NCBI GenBank assembly: GCA_013239625.1
Contig: MU056000.1
Location: forward strand, 7,415,214 to 7,479,213
DNA from: Lama guanicoe
Lineage: Eukaryota
Reading direction: 5' to 3'
Length of the DNA: 64,000 nt
Part shown: positions 49,990 through 61,439 of the stretch, piece by piece
How the letters are laid out: each line of letters opens with the position of its first letter
Numbering within the stretch: position 1 is the stretch's first letter
Translations under genes and position numbers: made by a program
Notes under the pieces: model-generated
What the model was told of the DNA's origin: nothing
Database searches by the model: none
Seen by the model: the letters and a program-made list of their open reading frames with translations, nothing else

Positions 49990-50300
49990 CTCCCCAGCCC
50001 CTTCCCCCAACCCTGCCCTTCCTGCAGGTGCCGGAGCCCGGTGCCTATCGGGGCCAGGCGGTGCCCCCCGCGTCACGTGGGCCTGTCACACCAGCAGCTT
50101 TGCTCCCATGCACACATGCGCTCACAGCGTCCGCACCCAACTTGTGGAACAACCGAGACCAAGTTCGGGCGCAGGCTTTTCCCGGCCGGCGTGCGCTTGC
50201 GCACACTTGAGGCAGCGTTGGCGAGCGTAACCTACAAGCGTGCCCAAAAAGCTCCTCTCAGCGCCTGGTTTTCTCTGCACCCGCTCCTCAGCCTCCTCCT
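49990..50300. promoter_or_regulatory. Small intergenic CpG-rich element with E-box and NRF1-like sites
   Basis: CpG-dense, with GTCACGTG at 50072-50079 and TGCGCTTGCGCA at 50192-50203. Confidence 0.5.
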
Positions 50301-51599
50301 GGCATTTGCCTTAATTGGGTGGAATCTCATGGTGTTTCTGGACCTGAATCATAAATTAACAGCAACCTCAGTAATGATGACAAATTAACATCCCCTGAGT
50401 GCCCACACAGCCCCATCGGGGAGGTTCCCAAGGGGTCCTCTTGGTGGTGAGGAAGCTGAGCCCAGAGAGCAAAGTCCAGCTGCCCAAGTCCTGCAGGTAC
50501 CAGGTGGGACGTGGACTTTGAGGGCCACACTTACTCCTGGGCTGCGCTGCCGGCCGGCGTAGCTTCACTGGGGCTGACTGGTTTGAGGAGTGGAGCTAGG
50601 GCGGTCCCCAGAAACGGACAGGCATTGATGCTACAAGCGTGGGCCTGGGGACCAGCACAAGTTCTAATTCAGCCTCTGTCTTTCTCCCTGGACACAGGGA
50701 AGAAAGGTCTCAGGGCTTCTCATCCCACCAGGAGGGGACGTTCTGAAAAGGGACTGGTCTCCCCAGGTCTGGCCAGGGCAGTGGAGGGCCTCACATGTGA
50801 CACAGCAGGGGTTTGGCCAGAAGGTGTCTGCTTCTCAGGCGATGGGGGCGGGGGGGGGGACGACACAGGGCTCAGGGCTCTAGGGGCAGCAGCTGGATGA
50901 GGTAGAGGCACAGGAAGACGATGTGTTCCTCTCCACAAGCTCATGAGGCTGGAATCCATCCGATAACACTTGTAAGTTATGAAGGGATTTCCTGCTGAAA
51001 ACATTCAAGGGCTAGGCTTTGTACTGGGGTCACTTGAGTCCAAACATTCGTGTACAAGTTTTTGCAGGAGCCAGGGGCAAAAGCCAGCCTTGACCTCTGG
51101 GTCCCATGTGGTCTCTAGGGGTCTTTTGGGTCCTCAGGATGCCCATCCCTGTACACTGCCCACTAACCAGGCCTCCTGCCTCCTCTCTGCTTCCTCGCTG
51201 TTGCTCCTGCACACAGTCTAGATTGGCATTGCACCAACCATCCCTTTCTGGAATCTTCTCTCCCTGCCAGCCAAATATCTCTGCACCCTCCCAGCATGCT
51301 GTCCAGGTTGGAAGCCCTGTTCTGTTGATACTGATATTACATTAACCAGGAGAGTAATGCCCACAATTTCTTTTCATCTTTACAAAACTTACGTGATGGC
51401 CCAATTAGACAGGTGGGGAACTTAGGTCCAGAGACGCTAATTAAGGAACTTCTGGCTCTAGCAAGGTCGAGGTTTGAACTGAGCAGGTGGGAGCTTGCCC
51501 CCGTGCGATGTCCACCACCCCACAACCTTCCTCAAGTGCCCCCTCACCACCTTACAGTTACTGGTGAAACTGCTCCAGCCGGTGCCTTTTGTGTGGCTC

Positions 51600-52372
51600 C
51601 CATTTAAAGTGAACCATTCCACGGGTCTAGTGTGAGCATCCTCTCAGTTGATTTTAGAACATTCCATCATCTCAAAAAGATACCCTCTTTCCTTTAGCTG
51701 TCACCCCCCACCCTCCCTGCCCCCCCACCAGTCCTGAATAGCCATTGCCTCTAGATATTTCCCTATTCTGGACATTTCATATAAATGGAATCATATAATA
51801 TGTGGTCTTTTCATGGCTGGCTTAATTCGCTGAGCATGTTTTCCAGGTTCATTCGTGTTGTACTATATATTAGTGCTGCATTCCTTTTAATGGCCAAATA
51901 ATATCCCATTGTATCACATTTTGTGTGTGCATATGTATTTTGTTTATTCTTTCTTTGATGGATGGACATCTTTGGGTTGTTTCTACTTTTTGGCTATCAA
52001 GTATAATGCTGCCCTAAACATCTGTGTACAAGTTTTTGTATAGACATGCTTTCATTTCTTTCAAGTAGATAGCTAGGAATAGATGTTCTGGGTCATGTGA
52101 GAACTCTCTGTTTAATTGTTTGAGGAGCGACCAAACTGTTTCCCCAGTGGCTGCCCCATTTTACATTCTCTGCATGAGGCACTGTCTGAGGGTTTGGATT
52201 TCTCCCCGTGCCCATCAACGCTGCTTATTATTTGACTTTTTGATTCTAGTTGCCTTTGTGGGTGTGAAGTGGTATCTCACTGGGATTTTGATTGGCATGT
52301 CTCTGGGGATGTGTGATATCAAGCATCTTCTCAGGTGCTTATTGGCCACTTGTACATCTTCCCTGGACGAAC
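51600..52372 (-). mobile_element. L1M 3' region (antisense)
   Basis: ccctattctggacatttcatataaatggaatcatataatatgtggtctttt...gggttgtttctactttttggcta...gtgggtgtgaagtggtatctcac. Confidence 0.85.
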
Positions 52373-52781
52373 CTTTGCTAACAGTGACTTTTGTCCCTGG
52401 GCACCGAGCTTCAGTCTTCCCCTCTGTAAAATGGGATGACCACTGCCCATGGAGCAGTCTTACAGAAGACAAGATGTGGGCTCTAGAAACACTTGACTCG
52501 GACCTGAGGATAAGCGCAATTGGGACCTCCTGGAACCGGAGGGTGGACGGCCCCCTGCAGCCCGCAGACACCCATCTCTTCACACCTCTGCCTCACTCTC
52601 CTCCCTGCCCCACTGCACACAGGTTTTCACCGCTCCGTGGTCAGCAGCACTGTTATAAAATCTGCGGTGGGTGAAGTGCTGTCACGGTAAAGTTTACTCA
52701 GAAAAGCAATTTACCATATGAACAGCCATTCAAATGGTGTGACCTGGGAGTGAGGTTTCTGAATTTTCAGTATCTGGTTGA

Positions 52782-53236
52782 TGTCCTGGGTTGAAGAGTG
52801 TCCCCCAAGAAGATATGCTCAAGTCCTAAGCCCTAATATCTCTTCATATGAACTGATTTGGAAAGAGGGTCCTTGCAGATTTAATTCATTAGGATGAGGT
52901 CATGCTGGATCTGGGTGGACCCTAGTCTAATGACTGTTGTCCTTACAAGAAGAGGAGATTTGGACACAGATACGCAGGAAGGCGAGCATGTAACAACAGA
53001 AGCAGAGACTGGATTTATGTTGCAAGAAACCAGAGGTCTCTGAGCACTGCCCGCAGCTGCCAAAAGCAGGAAGAAGCAGAGAATGACTATCACCTTGGGC
53101 CCTCGAGGGTGCATGGCCCTGCCGATACCGTCACTGTGAACCTCTAGACTCTGGAGCCATGAGGTAACACATCTCCCTTGTTTTAAGCCACCCCATGAGT
53201 GGTGTTCTGCTGTGGCAGCAGTAGGAGACTTGTGCA
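52782..53236 (+). mobile_element. MLT1 LTR
   Basis: gggttgaagagtgtcccccaag...ttggaaagagggtccttgcagat...ccttacaagaagaggagatttggacacaga...ttgttttaagccacc. Confidence 0.8.
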
Positions 53237-54004
53237 GGTGACAGCGACGTTAGTAACAATGGGGGAGCCCTGGGCGGCAGTTCTGCTCCATGTTTTTTGC
53301 ATCTTTAGCATTTCTATTCACCAGCATTAATGTACCGAGGATGAATCTCTACCAGGTGGCATTAAGTGAGCAAGATCCTCATTCTGTCCTCAATGGAGAT
53401 GGATACATGAGTACCAACAGTAGCATCCGGAGGTGACACCAAGGGCTAAGGAAGGGCCAGGGTTGTTGAGACACGCAGTTTCCGGCCACACCTGGACCCC
53501 CGCTCTGCTCAAAGCCCCAGGGCTGCACCAGGTCCTCCTGGGGTGAGCACACCTCAGGGGGCCCTCCCAGTTCAAATCTGTGGTCTGATTCTGGATCTCG
53601 AGACTTGATAATTGAGATTATTTCCTCATTCTGCTCATAAGGGTTACAGGAGCACTTTGGGTAAATTGGATGAGTGTCCTATTCATCAGACGCTGCTCGC
53701 AGCCACCCTGGGCTTCCGAGTAACAACGCCGTCTTAGTCTGCTCCCGGGGGCCTTCCCAGCGCAGGGCCAGCTGCTGGGCCCAAGGACTACATTTTAATC
53801 ACCTGCATTAAGCGTCTCCATGTTGTGACATTTGATAGCAGACGATTAGACTCGAGGTGCCAGGTGTCCAATAGTTCGGCTTTGTGTCTGGGAAACAATT
53901 TGTGAAAATACGCCTCATTTTTGCATGTTCATATTTCTACTGAAAGCATCTGGCAACCCTAGTGAAATGAGAAGGAGAAACTCTGAAATATAAGAAGAAA
54001 CAAA

Positions 54005-55711
54005 CCATGAGAAGAAATGCAGGAGCTTTATTATAATCATTATTATTCTTGAAGTTAATGACTGACAAACTCATTCAGGAGAACATTTTGCTTTCTAGTG
54101 AGCTAGACACACACCAGATGTAGCTGAAGGGACATGAAAAATGCACCTTGGGAAACAGCACGGCGCTCCTGGCTGCAACACTGAAGAGTGTCAAGGATGC
54201 GTCTTCACCTCTGCAGCGGAGGGTGCAACAGTCCGCAGACCTGACCTAGCGCCGCCCTCTCTCAGCATCCTTCTGAGATGCCGGCTGCCCACCCAGTTTG
54301 CATCACCAAAAGCCAGCCTCCGTCTACAGCAATATCTCAGCAATTAAGAAATACAGGGTGTGACTACACGGTGCCTTGAGGGTGAGACCCGAGCTTCTTC
54401 AAGTCAAGGAGATGGGAAATCAAACCTCATCTTTAGAATATGAAGCAGTGCCGGCTTTGCCCACAGGGAAGGGCACGAGGTGGGTCAGCTAGGTGCGGGC
54501 TGCTCACACTGCCGACCTGCGGCAAACGCCATGCTGGTGAGCTGGACAGTTGGGCCGTACCCTCTCCCAAAGCACCTGTTCTGGGCGATTTGAACATTTG
54601 AGTAAAAGAGCCCTTTGGCTTTTCAGAATAGCCGGGCACTGGATAGCCGTGAGCCGGCGAGCAGTCTAGTGCGGCTCTGGGCAGGAAGCACAGGCAGAGC
54701 GCGCAGGACAGCTGTGGTGCCCAAATGACAGTGGGCGCAGGCAAGTGTGCCCTCGGGCAGGGGGAATTCCAGACACTCGGACTGACAGACAAATATGCTT
54801 TCAAATGGTATGCGGTGTTTCTGCTTTTCCCTAGGGAGACAAAGGGTGGATTTTCACCTGTCTTTCCATAAACGCTCAGCGCTCTTGCTCTCGGGTTCCA
54901 GAACTGGCAGTGTGTCTACTCCTCCACCTGGTCAGCGATCACTCCCAGAACTCCAAGGCAGCTCTAGAGGTGATGACTGAAAAATGCAGGTTTGTCGTGA
55001 TTTCCCGGCAAGTCTGTCTGGATGGCAGGGCAGTGCGGGACTTGGGACCCGCACTGAGAGATCTCATTCTGGCAGTCCTCCCTTTGGGCAAATTTTTCAG
55101 CAAGAGGACTCCTGGAATAAAAGAGCCGTTTCAAAGCTGGGAGCTTTTCTTTGGCTTTCCCCGGAGTACCTGTCGTCACCCTGTGCTGTGATCCCTCGTC
55201 ACACAAGGGAGGGAGGTTCAGGGATGCTGTTGCCTGTTTCAAAAGTCTTCCCCACTCAGACTTTCTGTGATTAATGCCTTCACCTCTCTCCCCACGAGGT
55301 CCTTTTACTAAAAAGCATGAGATGACTGAGCTTTCCCCTGACCTCATTCTAACCCTCCCAAATTTGAGCCTGCCTGTTTTTGAGACCACTGGCAGGGCAA
55401 CTGATGAACCAGAACTGAAGCTAAACTCTGAACAACTTCATTTCACGCAGGTCTTTCCAAGTTCTGCTAGTGGCACGTGCAGGGTCACAATGATCCTCAA
55501 AGGACACCAGCCAGGACTCCCTGGAAACAAGGGTTGGGGCCTGATTCTGATTTAGATATGGACATTTAAGGCAAAGGAAGGGGCACTTTGTTTTGACTTA
55601 GATTTCCCAATGGAGCAACGTTTTGAAGAAAATTCCAGTTCTCTTTGCCGGGGAACTACCGAGTGTCGGGGTACTGAGGCACGGCTGGTGAGGGCGCCGG
55701 GTCCTCGCCGG
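54005..55711 (-). other. DAP: DAP 3'UTR (~1.7 kb)
   Basis: Repeat-poor sequence between the stop codon and an AATAAA that has a GU/U-rich downstream element. Confidence 0.7.
54027..54032 (-). terminator. DAP: DAP polyadenylation signal AATAAA
   Basis: The + strand reads tttatt. About 20 nt further on the - strand lies the GU/U-rich tract ggtttgtttcttcttatatttc. Confidence 0.75.
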
Positions 55712-55825
55712 TCACTTGCGAGGCTGCTGGATGTGCTGGGTTCTCGGAGAAGAATGCTTGTCCATGGAGGCATGGGGCTTCTGATGAGCCACCTGGGCAG
55801 CTGCCGGGGGGAAGTCTTTGTCACC
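55712..55825 (-). CDS. DAP: DAP terminal coding exon 4 (GDKDFPPAAAQVAHQKPHASMDKHSSPRTQHIQQPRK*)
   Basis: Minus-strand acceptor tgtctcccaacag, 38 codons ending in TGA, and the characteristic DAP C-terminal HIQQPRK. Confidence 0.96.
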   Translation of the reverse strand, partial: GDKDFPPAAAQVAHQKPHASMDKHSSPRTQHIQQPRK

Positions 55826-56778
55826 CTGTTGGGAGACACGGAAATTATGGACTCATCAGCCATGAGCAGCTGGGTGATCACATGAGCAAGCCCCAAACCC
55901 TGCACCCCCTGGCTTCCCTGTGGGGCAGCAGACACCGGGGGCGGGTACCGTGGGCAGTGACGGAGAAGGGAACCAGTCTACAGGTAGCAGCCCATCTCGT
56001 GGGACTGCGGGGGTCCTCAAGCTCTCTGGGGAACTTAATGTGGCAGTGTGACCCACATACCTTCCAGAAGGGGAGAAAGCTCACTGTCTCTGCCCCCACG
56101 CCATGGGATCAGGTCACCATACGACTCACTCAGAGCTGAGTTGGGTGTTGGGTAGCTTTTTTTTTCCTGTTAAAACTGTTCCTGTGATCTTTTGAATTGG
56201 GGGGGCAAGACAGAACCAAATTCAGGGTCTTAAATTCAGATTTGCTGCCACTGCTGCAGGTGGGGCCAGGGCACTGGTTGGGGAGGAAACACACAGGGCA
56301 GGGGCTGGATGCTGTGAGATTAGCCAGAATCAATCCACTGAGTGTCGGAGAAGGTACCTGGCTGTTTCTCAGGAAGGAATTGGCTTCTTGTGTGCGTGTG
56401 TGAAGGGGCTGGAGCCCAGGCCATCCCAGGGCAGGTGAGAGCCATGGTGAGCTCTTGGCTGAGCCAACTGGCCTGGGGTGACCTTGGACTTGTGTTGGCA
56501 TTTACTTTCATCGCATGTAGTAGATGTGCCACCTGTCTGTCTCAGGGTCTCTGGATGGCTGTGATGAGCTGTCCCCAAAAACAGCATTTTCTGTACAAGT
56601 CATATGCTAAGGGCTCGAGTGGGCTGTGAGCCGCAGAGCTGTGGATGGAGTAAGTGTGCTACTCCCAAAACGGGGGTTTGCTGAGGGGAGGTCTGTAGTT
56701 ACAAAAAAATGCTCGGTCTCACCAGAAGGCGGGGCTCTTGAAAGACAAAGAATGTGACCAAAACTCATGAGTTTAGTC

Positions 56779-57144
56779 CAGGGGTCAGCAACTCTTTTCT
56801 GTAGTGGGCCAGGGAGTAAACATTTCAGGCTTTTCAGGTCATTACTCTTTGCTCAACTATTGGGTTCCACTAGTACAGCCTGAAAGCGGCCACAGATGCT
56901 ACATCCACGAACATGGCATGGCTGTGTGCCACGAAAACCCTATTCACAGACACTGAAATGTGAATTTCATGTGATTTTCACATATCACTCCATATAAGTC
57001 TTATTTAAAAATGTAAAAACATCCTCAGCTCACAGATCACCCAGAAGCCCTCAGGCCCGGGAGATAGTCTGGCCCGGGGATAGTCTGGCCCGTGGATAGT
57101 CTGGCCCGGGGATAGTCTGGCCCAGGGATAGTCTGGCGGTCCTG
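56779..57144 (+). mobile_element. MER58 (hAT-Charlie) element
   Basis: 5' end caggggtcagcaact, internal catggctgtgtgccacgaaaaccctattcacagacactgaaatgtgaatttcat, and 8-bp near-TSD gtttagtc / gctgagtc. Confidence 0.75.
57054..57137. repeat. 16-bp minisatellite (GGCCCGGGGATAGTCT) x5
   Basis: Units start at 57054 (17 bp), 57071, 57087, 57103 and 57119. Confidence 0.95.
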
Positions 57145-57375
57145 GCTGAGTCTAAAGAGAAGGGAGGCGGGTGAGGATGCAGGAGGGCCAGGCAGCACTA
57201 GCTCATGCTGCGGGCTCCGTGTCACCACCGTCCCGTCCACCCCCGACCACAGAAGCACCGTCCACAGACATGGGACAACTAAGAGACCCCTGGACCCTGG
57301 GTGGACGAGTGAACAAGGACAGGAGGAACCAGGAGGTCGCGTGCTGAGGCCCTGATTTGCTGAAACGGCTCTTAC

Positions 57376-57418
57376 CCGGGCGATGACACCGGAGATGAAC
57401 ACGGTCGGTTTAGGGGGA
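57376..57418 (-). CDS. DAP: DAP exon 3 (43 nt; [S]PPKPTVFISGVIAR)
   Basis: Minus strand reads cttgtcttccag|TCCCCCTAAACCGACCGTGTTCATCTCCGGTGTCATCGCCCGG|gtaaga. The peptide matches the recalled DAP1 segment SPPKPTVFISGVIAR. Confidence 0.96.
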
Positions 57419-58859
57419 CTGGAAGACAAGAAGGGAAAAGACCTTGAACATCACGACTCACAGAAGAGGAACGAGGCAGGCGACACGAATGTGGAGACTG
57501 GCTTCAGGGCAGTGGGACAAACAAGGACTCTCCGAGGGGAGGGGGAAGCGGGAAGCAACCTTCTTCATCACAACGACCCGCTGGCCACTGGGCTCAGGAC
57601 GCTTGGGGGTCCTCCTCCTCCTGAGGCTGAGCTCCGGCCAAGAGAGAGAACGACTGTGCAGGCAACAAGCAAGTCGCTGGAAAGCTCTTTCTATTTTGTT
57701 TGTTTTTTTTTGTTAATTCTTAAACTGTAACTATGGGCAAGTCCAATAGTTTCGGTTTCAACAGATGGTGGACATCAGCGCTTTCTGAAGCAGGGTCACG
57801 CTGGACGGACGCAGAGACTCCAACCAAGGAGCTTCCTGTCCTGTAGGCTGAGAGGTTCCTCTTCCAGAGTCTTTGCAGAATTCACGGCTTCTGGAAGCTT
57901 CTAATGGGTGAGATCCCAGAGCCGGTGCAAAGCTCCTGGCCCCTAAGGGACCCCACGTGTTAAAAAACGTACAGTCCTTGTGAAGCTACTGCCATTTCTT
58001 AGCTTCTTTCATCATACTGAGCTGGCCCCCACCGTCACCAATATGGACGGGATGGAACATAGGACCAAAGCAATACATGGGCATTGCTAAAAAGCGGACA
58101 AGCCGAGCATGTTAAAATCACTTGTAGTTCCACCTCGAGGAGGTAATCACTGTTAACACATGAGTTCTCCTTCCAGTCTTCCTTTCTATAGATAGACAGA
58201 CTTACTTGCTTTCTTATTAAATTTCTTTTTTTTTTTCTTACCAGAGAGTCACCTTGTTTGGTAGTCTGCTTTCTGCACTTAGGGTCTGGTGGGCATACTT
58301 CCACGTTATTACATACTCTTCTATGCAGTTAAGAAAATGGCTGCACATGTCATAGTTTAAAAATATCAGAACACAGTTCCGGGTGGTACATAGGTGTGTA
58401 CACCTTTGAGATACCTTGGCCAGGGGCAAGGGGACCTGGGAGCAGTAGATCAATGCAAGGCCAGCCAGCCAGCGGCGAGAGCGTGATGTGGGCAGCTCCC
58501 AAGAGTGGCCAGTTTTGCTGAAGGCTGGTCTTGTGGGCAGACGTCCTAGGAGCTGCTCAGCCCGCCTCCCACCAGCTCTGCTGCTCTGCTCTGCTCCGCT
58601 GCAGGGGGTCCCTTAAAGGAAATCACTTGTCTCCGCTTTGTTTTGCTACAGGCAAAAGTCCAAATATTCAGAATGTTTACTGTTTACATCCCAGAAAGTA
58701 AGGCAAAACCACCCAGAATTCCCCCAAGTAATTTCTGTTACTCCATGAGGCTAAGAAATTTCAAGTCTTACTAAGCAGCACAGAAATGTTCCCTACATGA
58801 CGTTGGTTTTGTTTTATTTAGCTTTTGTTGTGTGGTTAACTGGGTTGGTGTTTTTTTTT

Positions 58860-58929
58860 CTCCCTCCCCTCCCCTCCCCTCCCTTCCCTTCCCTTCCCTC
58901 CCCTTCCCTTCCCTTCCCTTCTCTTTCCT
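58860..58929. repeat. Polypyrimidine (CCCCT/CCCTT)n tract
   Basis: Read directly from the sequence. Confidence 0.9.
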
Positions 58930-61439
58930 TTGATTACAAATATGACTTGACTATGGGATCAGTAGCCAGTCAGGGAAGAATAAATTCGGCTCAAGTGTAA
59001 GTCTCTGATGCAGTACGTTTGGATTCATTGGAATCTAAGCACATCCTGCCCTGACGGTTCCAAATCACCACGAACTCTGCCCCCAGGGTATTCACCGCCA
59101 AGGGTATCACAACCTAAGCTTGAGAACCGTGCTCTGGATTCTAACATTTTCTAAGTGTTTTGGGGAAGGAATATGAAAATGGCAGCACAAATTTTTCTTA
59201 AGTTTTGAATGTTCCTTTAAAAATCTAGGGAGAGCGTGGAGTGGGGATGGTTCCATTCTGATAACTAACTATGCAGCATCGCCTTCTGATAAAGCACGGC
59301 CACCTTTCGGTACCGAGACTGCTAATGGCTTCAGTCATCTCCAGTTTTTACTGGTTTTGTACCTGAGTCAAGGCTCTGAAAGGCAGAAATAGAGACAGCC
59401 CCCTCTCCCCAGCAAGCACGCGATGAGAAAGTCACCCACACAGAGTGAATCTAATCAGAATAAACACACAGCGGAGGAGAGTCGCCCCCTCGCTCCAAAG
59501 TGAGCCCCTTGGGTGGCCGGGGAAGCTTGGGNNNNNNNNNNNNNNNNNNNNNNNNNNNNNNNNNNNNNNNNNNNNNNNNNNNNNNNNNNNNNNNNNNNNN
59601 NNNNNNNNNNNNNNNNNNNNNNNNNNNNNNNNNNNNNNNNNNNNNNNNNNNNNNNNNNNNNNNNNNNNNNNNNNAAAGCAGACCAAAAAAAAAAAAGTTA
59701 AAATCGCGTGTAATTCTATATTACTATGTGTATAAGATTCACAAACACACATTTCTGCACAGAACTGGACTGTGAGAAAATCACAGCCGAATCAGTCCAT
59801 CAGCTCCTGGAGGTGCGGCGTCAGGCTGCTGAGTGATGAGCGGGTCCCAGCAGAGCGCCAGCCTGCGGGGCCCCCCGGACACCCAGTCCCCGCGGGACCG
59901 TGCCCTTGCCCCGAGGCTCCTGGGAAGCTGGTTATCAGGAGTCTGTTCCCGTACCCGCTCCCCTGGGCACGGAGGAGGGGTCCTCAGACCCAAGAGCCCC
60001 ATCACTGAGTCCCTCCTCCAGCCTGATGGCCGTCCTGGTCTCATTGGTCCGAGAGTTAACCCTCCGCACTCCGGCTTTTTCCATCCAAGTTAGATCCTGG
60101 GTGTCTCCTGCATTGAACACCAGTGTTTTAGGCCCTGATTCGAATGCATCTCAGGAAATATGTGTATGAATGATTTGATAAGATGTAACGATGCCGCTCC
60201 AGCCCAAGTGTTCAAAAATGCACGTGAAGGAACCGCCTCACATCTGGAATCATCCGCCGGGTACAGTGTTTACTTGCCTGGCGCCCACTTCAGCGTCTCC
60301 CCGCCAGTGAGCCTCCCAAGGACCTGTCCCGTCATGACCATGGACACTCTGGGGACCAAAGGAGATCCCTGAAATAAGAGTGACCCCTCCCCCCTAGTCC
60401 TGGCTCATTCCCTAAGGGGTGACCAGGGTCTGTGGGTGCAGAACCGAAGGGTCCCTGGGGCGCAGCAAGATGGTGCCCCCTCCCCCGGTTCACCTCTCTC
60501 CCTCTCACCCCTGGTCTCACCCCTGCACTTCGACACCTCATTACTTAAGCTGTTAAGTTTTGACAGTGTGTTGGATTCTGCTTCTAAAGGGAGAGTCTAT
60601 CAGCGAAGAACATGTTGACCCAGAGGAAAGAAATATGCTGCTAATAACAGTTGGGGTGACGGGTGGAGGCGAGTCGGATGCAGGCTTGCTTTGTAAACCA
60701 GATGCTTTATGGTTTGTGTATTCTGTACAACGTGGCTACTCCAGTTTGAGGTGGGCAGGATTTTAGAAACACAATACCTGAAATGTATGAATGACTTCTT
60801 GGCTGGGGGTGAAAGTAGGGAACAGATGACAACGTTCCGTCAGCAGTGGTCTCCCCGTGGGGGGCCATATACCCCAGGGAGGCCCTTGGGAAAGGAATAT
60901 GGAAATGGTAAATACCAAAAACTACAGGAATAAAGATGAAAATTTTACATAAATATAAATATTAAACAAAAAGTAAATATGAAATAATTAAGAGTTAAAG
61001 TTCAACTATCCTCTTTTCAAACCTTTCCTTTCGGTATGTGCCTTAAACATACACAGTTATCTTATCAACGTGTATTCCGTCCAGTTAACCTGGGGCAAGG
61101 CGGGGACAAAGGCATGACCTCAAAGACTTTATCCCCAGTCTCTGCTCTCCAGCGTGGGTACCAGTGAGAAATAAACAAGGAAAAGCCCTGCAGATCCAGC
61201 ATGTCTGAAGAGAGGTTCTTGCTTTAAGGTTGCACTTTTTCCCTTTTTTAAAACAAACAAACAAACAAATAAACAAACAAAAAAACAGACATTCAAGGAT
61301 TGTGCTGTAAGTGCAAAGTCTTATCCAGTCTGAGAGGAGACTCTGGCCTGTGTTAGCTGTGGTCGGCTCCAGGTAAATGAACAGAGTCCAGGTTCTCCCC
61401 TCCCTTCCAAGTTTCCCCAGCTAGCTCAGCAACTAATTT

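Noticed and set aside
52120-52674. 184-aa ORF, and the similar ORFs 5070..5549 and 63477..63989
   Set aside because: Antisense translations of L1 sequence, a common artefact.
55706-55714. Programmed stop-codon readthrough of DAP (TGA followed by C)
   Set aside because: The context is TGA-CCG, not the established TGA-CTAG motif, and there is no other support.
57054-57137. Regularly spaced short repeats as a possible CRISPR-like array
   Set aside because: The units are head-to-tail with no unique spacers and lie in a eukaryotic intron, so this is an ordinary minisatellite.
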